From: an uncultured Candidatus Saccharibacteria bacterium
GTDB lineage: Bacteria; Patescibacteriota; Minisyncoccia; Phycocordibacterales; DATDWN01
Length of the DNA: 64,000 nucleotides
Assembly (NCBI GenBank): GCA_964608465.1
Contig: CAZSNI010000002.1
Span: 23,273-87,272 of the forward strand
Direction of reading: 5' to 3'
The notes beneath the pieces are model-generated. The model did not search any database, had not been told where the DNA came from, and worked only from the letters and a program-made list of their open reading frames with translations. Each line of letters opens with the position of its first letter. Position 1 is the first letter of the stretch. The position numbers and the translations under genes were made by a program. Shown piece by piece: positions 54,003-61,837 of the stretch.

Positions 54003-55056
54003 AACTGATTAGGGAGATAATAACGCCGGATATCGCGCAAACTACAGAAATAATCCAATACCTCATTACAATCTTTGATCTACTCCAACCTAGTGCTTCA
54101 AAATGATGATGCAATGGTGCAACTTTAAAAACTCTTTTTTTATTAAAATATTTGTAGCCAATTATTTGAATAACCACTGAAAGCGATGTCGCAACAAGCG
54201 GAAGAGCAATAAGTGGCAAAACGAGAACTGTGTCAGTAAGAAATGCTATTACAGAAAGTGTTACAGTCAGTCCTAGTATCCCCGTTTCTCCCATATAAAA
54301 CCTTGCCGGTGGAATATTGAACCACAGAAAAGCCAGTATTCCACCGGCGATTACCGCACAAAGTGCCGCGATATCTACCTGATTGTTTGAAAAAGCTATA
54401 ACTGAATATGCTGTAAAGACTACAGACATTACTCCCCCGGAAAGACCATCCATACCGTCGATGACACTTCCAGAAAAAACTCCGAGCATCACTACAACTA
54501 AAAACGGTATAAACCACAGACCCAGTTCTAATTGTCCATCGAATGGAATATGGATTGTAGTTAACTCAAGTTTGTCATAGAACCAAAAGCCTACAAGAAT
54601 ACCTATAATGCAGATAAAGAAAATTTTTACCTTTCTGTAGATAAGCGGGTCGCGTGCATATTCCCCTTTTCCAAATATCTGCATCAAGTCGTCTGCCAAA
54701 CCAATAAGTGAAGCTAAAACCAATGTTCCGATAGGAATATATGTCTGACTTCTACTCCAAAAATTTAGTTTCTCTGTCAGGTCGTTAGGAAAAAATTTTG
54801 AAAGAAGGTAAATCAATACCACTGCAAGCAAAACAGAAACCCAAATAATAACTCCCCCAACTCTAGGGGTAGATAGTTCTTCTGTTGTGTTGTGTGTTTC
54901 TGCAAAGTCTTTAGAAACTCCATCTGCGTTGTTTATTCGTGCAGATTTCTTCCACATTTTGTACTTGTAGAAAAAGTTTGTGAAGAAAGGAGTTATCCCA
55001 ATACCGATAAGAAAAGTAAGAACTGAAGGTATTACAACTTTTAGAACGTCTGTCAT
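54001..55056 (-). CDS. mraY: Phospho-N-acetylmuramoyl-pentapeptide transferase MraY
   Basis: Polytopic protein with DDL..I, N..DG.DGL and APLHHHFE motifs. Confidence 0.9.
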   Translation of the reverse strand: MTDVLKVVIPSVLTFLIGIGITPFFTNFFYKYKMWKKSARINNADGVSKDFAETHNTTEELSTPRVGGVIIWVSVLLAVVLIYLLSKFFPNDLTEKLNFWSRSQTYIPIGTLVLASLIGLADDLMQIFGKGEYARDPLIYRKVKIFFICIIGILVGFWFYDKLELTTIHIPFDGQLELGLWFIPFLVVVMLGVFSGSVIDGMDGLSGGVMSVVFTAYSVIAFSNNQVDIAALCAVIAGGILAFLWFNIPPARFYMGETGILGLTVTLSVIAFLTDTVLVLPLIALPLVATSLSVVIQIIGYKYFNKKRVFKVAPLHHHFEALGWSRSKIVMRYWIISVVCAISGVIISLIS

Positions 55057-55059
55057 AGA

Positions 55060-56910
55060 TTAAATAGTGATTTTCTTAGATATATAAACATCATACCACA
55101 ATGCAAGCATGAGGAGTGTGTAAATCTTTCTTGAATTTTCAGCTTTCTTGTCTAAATGATCACTAATTATTTTCTGAATTCTATAAACATTCATATGAGT
55201 TTTTATGTACTCGTTTTCCAAAATAGTATCAAATACATCCATTCTTTCGTGAGTAAACCAATCCTTTACCGGAGTTGGGAAACCAAGTTTTCTTCTATTT
55301 CTAGCAGACTCAGGAATAATATTTTTGAAAGCTTCTCGCAAAAGATACTTTGTAACCTTTCCTTTCCATTTGAATTTGTCTGGTAGCGTGCCGGCAAGTT
55401 TTGCCACCTCAGTGTCTAGAAATGGAACACGAAGTTCAAGTGAGTTTGCCATGGTCATTTTGTCTGCTTTTGCCAGAATATCCCCCACTAGCCAAGTGTT
55501 TATATCGATATGTTGCATAGTTGTAGAGTCGCTCAAACCTTTTGCTTGTTTGAAAAGTGAGCCAAGAGACATAAACTTTTCGTTGCCACCGTTCCACAAG
55601 TCTTTGATTTCTTGATGGGTAAATATTGAACCATTAAAATATTTCTGTCCTATATACCAGTCTTCCAGTTTCATACTTACTCTACGTATATAGTTTTTAC
55701 CATAAAACTCAAATGGAATATTGGTTAGCATTTTTAGAATTCCTTTTGGAATCCAAAGCATTTTTTGAGAGTCAAAAGGAGTAAGGTAAATATTGTATCC
55801 GCCAAAAAGTTCATCAGATCCTTCACCAGATAGTACAACTTTCACATGCTTTCTTGCTTCTTCCGCAACAAAGTAAAGTCCTACAGCAGAAGGATCTGCA
55901 ATAGGTTCGTCAAAGTGATATACAACTTTTGGTAGTACGGAAAAGTATTCTTCAGGACCAATGTTTAGTTCGGTGTGATCTGTACCGAGGAAGCTTGCAG
56001 TTTCTGCAGCCTCTTTTCCTTCAGTCAAAGTATTGAAACCAACTGTGAAAGTTTTGATTTTCTTTTCACCTCGTATTTCCTGCATAAGTGTTGTGATAAT
56101 ACTACTGTCGATACCACCAGAGAGAAAAGCTCCCACGGGAACGTCAGCGATCATATGGTGATCCACAGAATCCTTCATTGTTTCTAGGATTTTGTTTGCT
56201 GTAGTAAATTCTTCCAATGTTTCGTCTTGGACGAACTCCATATTCCAGTATTTCTTTATCTCGATTTTATTTTCTTCAGGATCTATAGACAGGAAGTGTG
56301 CCGGTGGAAGTTTGTAAACGTTTTTAAAAAATGTTTCCACGAGTGGGTTGTACTGGTACGAAAGATAGTTCACTACTGCAGAATCGTTGACCTCCATTTT
56401 AAAACCTGGAAAGTTTTCAAAAGATTTTATCTCGGAAGAGAAAGCTACAATGTTGTCATCCTGTATCAAATAGTAAAGTGGCTTGATGCCAAAAAAATCT
56501 CGTGCGATAAACAAATGTTTCGTTTCAGTATTGTAAATACAGAAGGTAAACATACCTCGTAGTCGTGGCAACATCTCTTCACCATACTCTACATACATTT
56601 TTAGAATAACTTCCGTGTCAGATGTAGTGCTGAAATTGTGACCCTTTGAAATGAGTTCACTTTTTAACTCCTTATAGTTGTAGATTTCTCCGTTAAAAAA
56701 GATTACGAGTTTACCGTCTTCTGTTGTGATAGGTTGTCTACCAGTTTTAAGATCAATAATAGCAAGGCGTCTCATACCTAGACCTACTGTTTTGTCTACG
56801 TAAAAACCGTCATCGTCAGGACCTCTGTGGGTTATCTTGCCCACCATACCGCCTATAATACCCTCTTTATTCTCTAGATTTTGGCCTATAACGCCTGATA
56901 TTCCACACAT
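55060..56910 (-). CDS. asnB: Asparagine synthase (glutamine-hydrolysing)
   Basis: N-terminal MCGI nucleophile and PP-loop FLSGGIDSS. Confidence 0.9.
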   Translation of the reverse strand: MCGISGVIGQNLENKEGIIGGMVGKITHRGPDDDGFYVDKTVGLGMRRLAIIDLKTGRQPITTEDGKLVIFFNGEIYNYKELKSELISKGHNFSTTSDTEVILKMYVEYGEEMLPRLRGMFTFCIYNTETKHLFIARDFFGIKPLYYLIQDDNIVAFSSEIKSFENFPGFKMEVNDSAVVNYLSYQYNPLVETFFKNVYKLPPAHFLSIDPEENKIEIKKYWNMEFVQDETLEEFTTANKILETMKDSVDHHMIADVPVGAFLSGGIDSSIITTLMQEIRGEKKIKTFTVGFNTLTEGKEAAETASFLGTDHTELNIGPEEYFSVLPKVVYHFDEPIADPSAVGLYFVAEEARKHVKVVLSGEGSDELFGGYNIYLTPFDSQKMLWIPKGILKMLTNIPFEFYGKNYIRRVSMKLEDWYIGQKYFNGSIFTHQEIKDLWNGGNEKFMSLGSLFKQAKGLSDSTTMQHIDINTWLVGDILAKADKMTMANSLELRVPFLDTEVAKLAGTLPDKFKWKGKVTKYLLREAFKNIIPESARNRRKLGFPTPVKDWFTHERMDVFDTILENEYIKTHMNVYRIQKIISDHLDKKAENSRKIYTLLMLALWYDVYISKKITI

Positions 56911-56965
56911 AGAGAAAGTATACCCTAACCCCCAAAAAGTGTCTAAACTAAGTTTAATACTATAC

Positions 56966-56995
56966 TTGACTATCTGACATTTATTGTGTTATTAT
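56966..56995 (+). promoter_or_regulatory. Promoter of cassette H with extended -10
   Basis: TTGACT (56966-56971), 18 nt, TGTTATTAT (TGn + TATTAT at 56990-56995). Confidence 0.55.
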
Positions 56996-57012
56996 GCTGT
57001 TGGAGTAACAGC

Positions 57013-57153
57013 ATGAAAAGCGACATTAAAGCAGGGATTTTTATCGTTCTGGTAGTGATCAGTTTCCAGCTTGCGTACATCGCATCGGACCTCAACAAGA
57101 TCGTCGGGATGATGAAGTCTGGGCAGGCACAACAAACCACTTCGCAGAAGTAG
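57013..57153 (+). CDS. GC-rich cassette H ORF H1: 46-aa single-TM peptide
   Basis: Own translation: MKSDIKAGIFIVLVVISFQLAYIASDLNKIVGMMKSGQAQQTTSQK. GGAG lies in the loop of hairpin GCTGT-TGGAGTA-ACAGC, 7 nt before the ATG. Confidence 0.5.
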   Translation: MKSDIKAGIFIVLVVISFQLAYIASDLNKIVGMMKSGQAQQTTSQK

Positions 57154-57161
57154 GAGGGCAG

Positions 57162-57437
57162 ATGGGACTCGTGAGTCTGAATCCGCTCCTCATGGAGCCA
57201 GGACGTAAGAACATGGGACTTCGGGTCCTGTGCGCGCTTCTCAGCCTGGTTCTTCCGGGCGTCGTGCTCTACTTCGTGCCAGTTCTACTGTACGGGGTTG
57301 TGGCTCTCGGAATGCTCGTCGCCATGCTGACATACAGCTGGCTGGCTGGCATCGTAGCGCTTCCGGTGATTTATCTCTCGTTCACTACAGTCACCTGGAT
57401 GATGCTCCAATTTCTCATGAAGAAGTACAAGCTCTAG
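57162..57437 (+). CDS. GC-rich cassette H ORF H2: 91-aa three-TM membrane protein
   Basis: TAGGAGGG SD (overlapping the H1 stop) 3-4 nt before the ATG. Hydrophobic segments LRVLCALLSLVLPGVVLYFVPVLLYGVVALGMLVAML... Confidence 0.6.
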   Translation: MGLVSLNPLLMEPGRKNMGLRVLCALLSLVLPGVVLYFVPVLLYGVVALGMLVAMLTYSWLAGIVALPVIYLSFTTVTWMMLQFLMKKYKL

Positions 57438-57451
57438 TAGCTGTACTCCTC

Positions 57452-57500
57452 GGTCGATACGATCAGGTCCCACAGACCATCGTGTCGGCCTTTTCGTTTA
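57452..57500 (+). terminator. Terminator of cassette H
   Basis: GGTCGATACGAT (57452-57463) pairs with ATCGTGTCGGCC (57479-57490) with two G-U pairs, then TTTTCGTTT. Confidence 0.6.
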
Positions 57501-57517
57501 TCTAAGAAGTTGAGTTT

Positions 57518-58459
57518 CTACTGGTTAAGATACTCAAGGGTTGTCTGAACAAGAGTCTGAACATCTTCAAATCTACCTTCTTGTGTGGAACCTAAAACAG
57601 TAACAATAATCGGTTTTCCAAGACTTGGATCAAAAGCAATAACAAGATTCCCTCCGGCCATATCTGTGTATCCAGTTTTAGATGCAAATAACCCAGGAAT
57701 AGAATTTATTATGTCGTTTGTATTTTTTGCATTGTGCTTCTTACTATTTGAATCAATGCTTATATTTGTGTATTTTGTAGCTTCCAGAACTTCTGGCTGA
57801 TTTCTAATCATGTACTTCATTAAGTTGTTTACATCAACTGCAGAACCATAGCCTCCACTAACATTACCGACATCTAGACCAGTCTCATTGACGAAAAATG
57901 TCTGTGCCAAGCCAAGTTCTTTTGCACGATTATTCATTTTTTCTATAAAGTCTTTTCTTCCCAAGTCGTAGTCTTTTGAATTTAGTTTTACAGCGCCGAT
58001 TACGGATGCAACAGAACGCGCACCATCGTTAGATGAAGTAACTAGAGAAAAATCGAGTAATTCTTTAAGGTTCCATGACTCGTTAGCCAACAAACCTGAA
58101 TCCCCCTCTTCTCTAAGGAACTCACTTTTAACTGTTATGTTTGAATTCTTTGGCAAAAGTTCTGTTGCCACAAGAGCCGTCATTAGCTTAGTTATTGATG
58201 CAAGTGGCAATTGAACTCCTTCATTTTTTGCATACAAAACTCTTTTATCTGCCACATCGTAAACCATAACCGATTTAGCTTTCACATTTACATTTTCAAA
58301 TACAGCCAAACTTTTCTTTTCGACTTTTGCTTCTACGATTTTCTGTTGTTTACTTTGCTCTGAATTCTGAAGCAAAAGAAACGTCATAAAAATAACTGCC
58401 AAAACAAGTAGAATATTGAATATAAATAATTGTCTAGAAATTTTTTGTTCGTGCTCCAT
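57518..58459 (-). CDS. D-alanyl-D-alanine carboxypeptidase (S11 family PBP)
   Basis: SxxK ASITKLMT, SxN SSNDGA, and KTG SKTGYT. Confidence 0.85.
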   Translation of the reverse strand: MEHEQKISRQLFIFNILLVLAVIFMTFLLLQNSEQSKQQKIVEAKVEKKSLAVFENVNVKAKSVMVYDVADKRVLYAKNEGVQLPLASITKLMTALVATELLPKNSNITVKSEFLREEGDSGLLANESWNLKELLDFSLVTSSNDGARSVASVIGAVKLNSKDYDLGRKDFIEKMNNRAKELGLAQTFFVNETGLDVGNVSGGYGSAVDVNNLMKYMIRNQPEVLEATKYTNISIDSNSKKHNAKNTNDIINSIPGLFASKTGYTDMAGGNLVIAFDPSLGKPIIVTVLGSTQEGRFEDVQTLVQTTLEYLNQ

Positions 58460-58463
58460 ACAT

Positions 58464-59000
58464 TTATTCCTCTATGTCTTCGTTTGTATTTTCTTCAATC
58501 TCTAGAGTCTTGTTCATTTCTTCATATTCAGGAAGATCTGTAATTTTTGTTAACCCTAGAAATCTTATTGTATCAGATGTAACTGTGTAAACCACCTTGC
58601 CATCCACACCCGTACCTCGCTCTATTAACCCACGTAGGAGGAGATTTCGTATTGCATACTGAGAGTTAACCCCTCTTATGTATTCTATCTCTTTTTTAGA
58701 TATTGGACCCTTGTAAGCGACAATGGTGAGTGTTTCTAAGCCAGCACGACCGAGCTCCCTTTCTCTTTCTTCTTTTATAAGTTTTTCAATAAGCCCTGCA
58801 AACTCTGGCGAAGTAACTAGCGAAACTTCCTCGTTATGCTCAACAAGTTTAACTCCCCTGTCTTTCAAGCTTAGACTTAAGTTTTCCAGAGCCCCTTTAA
58901 CTACATCAATTTTAACCTCTAAAGTTTTTGCGAGGAAACTAACCTTCACAGGTTCTGCTGTGTAAAAAAGTATCGCCTCAATTTTCTTTTCTAATTCCAT
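58464..59000 (-). CDS. scpB: Segregation and condensation protein B
   Basis: EAILFYTAEPV...TLTIVAYKGPISKKEIEYIRGVNS...RNLLLRGLI. Confidence 0.85.
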   Translation of the reverse strand: MELEKKIEAILFYTAEPVKVSFLAKTLEVKIDVVKGALENLSLSLKDRGVKLVEHNEEVSLVTSPEFAGLIEKLIKEERERELGRAGLETLTIVAYKGPISKKEIEYIRGVNSQYAIRNLLLRGLIERGTGVDGKVVYTVTSDTIRFLGLTKITDLPEYEEMNKTLEIEENTNEDIEE

Positions 59001-59149
59001 TTATACGTATTATATATCAAATTTCTTTCTCACCATAACTTTTCTGGAAACAGAATAATTTTCTGGTGAAAATTTTCTTCGCGCTCAGCTTTTCACAGCT
59101 TCCGCGATGTTCCATAAAAATTATGATTCAACGAAATTTTCGTAACACT

Positions 59150-59269
59150 ACCTTTTCTGAGACCCCGCAGACCCAAAGCTTGGTTCCGTCAAGGCATTCC
59201 ATCTTGACGGATTTGGGTTGAGGACAAAGTGAACGAAACGCAGGCGTAGTGAACGGTCTTAGAAAAGGT
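59150..59269 (+). ncRNA. 120-nt nested-helix element inside the unusually long scpA-scpB spacer (strand uncertain)
   Basis: 15-bp closing helix ACCTTTTCTGAGACC (59150-59164) / GGTCTTAGAAAAGGT (59255-59269). Inner helices are ACCCAAA/TTTGGGT (59171-77/59212-18) and CCGTCAAG/CTTGACGG (59186-93/59203-10). Confidence 0.4.
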
Positions 59270-59283
59270 ATGTGTGGAGGAAA

Positions 59284-60012
59284 TTAGTACCTAGGCACAC
59301 CAACAGATTGTGTCTCCATTTCAATATCTTGAAAATCAGAATCCTGTCTCACATTTATTATCCCCTGTTTGACTAGCTCTAGCATGGCGAGGAAACTAAC
59401 TATCACATTTACCTTGTCTGCCTTGCCGTGACCTGAGAAATCTTTGAAACTCATCTTGAAACTTTTTGTGATTCTCTCTGACAGACTGTCCATCATTTCT
59501 TCCAAAGAAATAACTTTCTGCACAATCGCTTTTGGCACAAGCTCTTTCTTTGGTAAGTTTTGAATAAGTATCTTAACTGTTTCAAACATTCTATCTACTT
59601 TGGTGTTTCTGTCTGGTGTAAAAACTATTTTCTTTTCTTTACTTGGAAGTCGTAGATACTCAACGTGTATACCAAACCTTTCTTTCAAGTGACCGCTAAG
59701 TGCCTTGTACTTTTGGTATTGCTTCAGTCTATCCTCCAAGTCGTGAATGTTTTCTTCTTCTTCTGGAGTTAGTTGCAAGTCTGGCAAAAGTGACTTTGAT
59801 TTTATAAGAACCAGTGTGGAAGCGATAAGAATAAAGTGCGAAGAGTCAGCAATAGGAAAATCTTCTAGACTTTTTATATAGCTAATGTAGTCGTCCGCAA
59901 CTTGAGCAAGAGAGATATCGTTTATAAAAAGTTTTCTTTTCTCAATAAGTGAAAGAAGTGTGTCGAGTGGTCCCTCGAAAATATGTGTTTTAACTAGATA
60001 TTCATCCGGCAT
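59284..60012 (-). CDS. scpA: Segregation and condensation protein A
   Basis: FEGPLDTLLSLIEKRKLFINDISLAQVADDY... and the C-terminal FLAMLELVKQG. Confidence 0.85.
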   Translation of the reverse strand: MPDEYLVKTHIFEGPLDTLLSLIEKRKLFINDISLAQVADDYISYIKSLEDFPIADSSHFILIASTLVLIKSKSLLPDLQLTPEEEENIHDLEDRLKQYQKYKALSGHLKERFGIHVEYLRLPSKEKKIVFTPDRNTKVDRMFETVKILIQNLPKKELVPKAIVQKVISLEEMMDSLSERITKSFKMSFKDFSGHGKADKVNVIVSFLAMLELVKQGIINVRQDSDFQDIEMETQSVGVPRY

Positions 60013-60064
60013 TTTTTAATCATAACAGTTATACATAAAAGTATGTATAACTTTCTTAACAGAT

Positions 60065-60093
60065 TTGACATTATATGATTTGTATAGTAGTAT
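60065..60093 (+). promoter_or_regulatory. Promoter of cassette J1
   Basis: TTGACA (60065-60070), 17 nt, TAGTAT (60088-60093). Same register relative to the conserved leader as the J2 promoter. Confidence 0.55.
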
Positions 60094-60102
60094 TATTTCA
60101 AA

Positions 60103-60162
60103 GGTAGACCTGTGTACCTATATTCACCGGTCGTCCGAAAAGACGAAAAACTTGGAGTGGCG
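60103..60162 (+). promoter_or_regulatory. Conserved 5' leader, copy 1 (J1)
   Basis: GGTAGACCTGTGTACCTATATTCACCGGTCGTCCGAAAAGACGAAAAACTTGGAG is about 44/54 identical by eye to 60706-60759. Confidence 0.6.
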
Positions 60163-60570
60163 ATGTTTAACATGGATCAGATGGTTCCTGTAGTGGCACT
60201 CGTGATCATAACGAGCCTCGTTACGTGGATCGTGAGCACTTCTCTGGCAAAGCGTCGGGCAGAACAGCAGTCTGGCACCGACAACAAGCTGAAAGAGCGA
60301 AAGGTCTACGAGATCACCACGCTCAGACAGATACGTTGGAAGTTCTACGCTCTCACCGCTTGGAGCGATAACTTGCTAGCCTATGAGACGTCAGACGACA
60401 ACGCGAGTTACCTCAGAGTAGTGAACTCGAAAGGTGACGTACTCAGTAGTGTAACGTGTGATGCACGGCAGGAAGCGATCACTGTTCTGAACCATCCCGG
60501 CCAAGACTTCCGAGCCTTCCACATTCGATCCGTGGAAGATGTCGTTAGGTTCTTGGTCTTTGGAGAGTAA
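60163..60570 (+). CDS. GC-rich cassette J1 ORF: 135-aa N-terminally anchored protein
   Basis: GGAG lies 5 nt before ATG 60163 (track ORF starts at GTG 60112 inside the leader). TM segment VPVVALVIITSLVTWIV, then a ~100-aa soluble part. Confidence 0.6.
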   Translation: MFNMDQMVPVVALVIITSLVTWIVSTSLAKRRAEQQSGTDNKLKERKVYEITTLRQIRWKFYALTAWSDNLLAYETSDDNASYLRVVNSKGDVLSSVTCDARQEAITVLNHPGQDFRAFHIRSVEDVVRFLVFGE

Positions 60571-60588
60571 GACCTCCCCCACCACCGC

Positions 60589-60637
60589 CCCGACGGGTTG
60601 CGCACAGCAACTCGTCGGGTGTTTTTTATACCAAAGT
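60589..60637 (+). terminator. Terminator of J1 (conserved module)
   Basis: CCCGACG-G-GTTGC-GCACA-GCAAC-T-CGTCGGG followed by TGTTTTTT. The block 60580-60625 is 45/46 identical to 61248-61293. Confidence 0.75.
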
Positions 60638-60667
60638 TTTATATTAATATTAGCACTTTGACAAACA

Positions 60668-60696
60668 ACCTATTTTATGATATACTTTAATAAGTG
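60668..60696 (+). promoter_or_regulatory. Promoter of cassette J2
   Basis: TTGACA (60668-60673), 17 nt, TATACT (60691-60696). Confidence 0.65.
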
Positions 60697-60705
60697 GTAA
60701 ACCGG

Positions 60706-60757
60706 TGTACCCTCATTCATCGGTCGTCTGTAAAGACGCAAAACTAGGAGAACTGAA
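60706..60757 (+). promoter_or_regulatory. Conserved 5' leader, copy 2 (J2)
   Basis: GGTAAACCGGTGTACCCTCATTCATCGGTCGTCTGTAAAGACGCAAAACTAGGAG, which aligns with the J1 leader. Confidence 0.6.
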
Positions 60758-61240
60758 ATGGTTAGCTTCAATGAATCGCAGTGGGTCGTGGTGATCGGGC
60801 TCCTCTTCATCACCTTCATCGCAGCCTGGACTATGTCCATGCACTTCGAGAGGGCTAGAGAGGTGCGCCGCAAGATGGAACTTGAAGCCAGTCGCAAGAA
60901 AAATGAGGAGGTCGAAGATCTTCTCGAAAAGAAGCGGCGCAGAAGGATCGATCACGAAATCAACACCCTCGGCCAACTGGCAAACCTGATCGCGAAGGTA
61001 AAGGTCTCACGCCTCAGCACCGAATCATGGCCAAGTGACGGCAAGCTTGCAGGCAAAAGCCATATTCGCCTTATCTACAAAGGAACCCTCGCCTGCAAAA
61101 TATTCTGTGACGCTGAATTGAAAAAGCTCATAGTACTTGACCAGGTAGTGGGCGGCATGAGTGAATGTGACATCGATCAGGCTCCTCGGGCCGTAGACCT
61201 GGCTCTACAGAAGCTGAGCGACTGGGACTATCTCCTCTAG
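60758..61240 (+). CDS. GC-rich cassette J2 ORF: 160-aa N-terminally anchored protein
   Basis: TAGGAG SD 7 nt before the ATG. TM segment WVVVIGLLFITFIAAW, a charged coiled segment, then a soluble part. No similarity to J1 seen by eye. Confidence 0.65.
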   Translation: MVSFNESQWVVVIGLLFITFIAAWTMSMHFERAREVRRKMELEASRKKNEEVEDLLEKKRRRRIDHEINTLGQLANLIAKVKVSRLSTESWPSDGKLAGKSHIRLIYKGTLACKIFCDAELKKLIVLDQVVGGMSECDIDQAPRAVDLALQKLSDWDYLL

Positions 61241-61256
61241 ATTTCAGCACCATCGC

Positions 61257-61297
61257 CCCGACGGGTTGCGCACAGCAACTCGTCGGGTGTTTTATTT
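61257..61297 (+). terminator. Terminator of J2 (conserved module), convergent with the GNAT gene
   Basis: Same CCCGACGGGTTGCGCACAGCAACTCGTCGGG hairpin followed by TGTTTTATTTT. Confidence 0.75.
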
Positions 61298-61836
61298 TAT
61301 AGCAGACTTTTATCTAGTTTCATTTCCATCTCAGGCATCATTGCACCACTTTTCATTCTGAAATTTTCATCAGTCCATCTTCTACCTGTGTCTATAAAAC
61401 CTAGTTTTTTATAAAAAGAAATTGCTTTTTCATTGTATTCAGCAACTTCTACATATACATCTTTTTCTTTATCAAAAAAGTTTCTACCCTTTTCCCATAT
61501 TTTTGTCCCTATTCCTCCACCTTGATACTCTGGTAAAATATAAATAGCTTGTAGCTGATTCTTGTTTTCTTCTTTTGTGAGAAAACAAAATGCAACTACA
61601 TTTTCTCCATCTTTTGCGACAAGTATTCTTTCATTCTCACCCTGCTCCTTTATTGCTTTTATTCTTTTCTCCAGTTTCTTTCCACTAAATGCATCTCTAT
61701 ACCTATCTTCAATATCTTCACGCGTAATACCCACCTTCTCGTTTGGATAGGTTTCCAGCCAAGTTTTATACTGAACTTCTATTGTGCCAAGTGCATCAGA
61801 AACTTCTGCAACAGAAACAACAATGTTATTATTCAT
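61297..61836 (-). CDS. GNAT-family N-acetyltransferase
   Basis: LQAIYILPEYQGGGIGTKIW (acetyl-CoA-binding Q/RxxGxG/A motif); 179 aa. Confidence 0.75.
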   Translation of the reverse strand: MNNNIVVSVAEVSDALGTIEVQYKTWLETYPNEKVGITREDIEDRYRDAFSGKKLEKRIKAIKEQGENERILVAKDGENVVAFCFLTKEENKNQLQAIYILPEYQGGGIGTKIWEKGRNFFDKEKDVYVEVAEYNEKAISFYKKLGFIDTGRRWTDENFRMKSGAMMPEMEMKLDKSLL

Positions 61837-61837
61837 T

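Noticed and set aside
57230-57505. Alternative frames in cassette H (57230-57505 plus, 57285-57473 minus)
   Set aside because: These are shadow frames of the SD-preceded membrane protein ORF 57162-57437.
60652-60662. TTAGCACTT resembling a CIRCE half-site, and a search for CIRCE upstream of grpE/dnaK/dnaJ
   Set aside because: No inverted partner GAGTGCTAA at 9-nt spacing, here or upstream of grpE (42100-42172). It overlaps the J2 -35 region by chance.
60391-60976. Minus-strand ORFs 60391-60585, 60408-60605, 60670-60897 and 60713-60976 in the J cassettes
   Set aside because: They are antisense shadows in GC-rich DNA and cross the conserved terminator and promoter modules of the plus-strand units.
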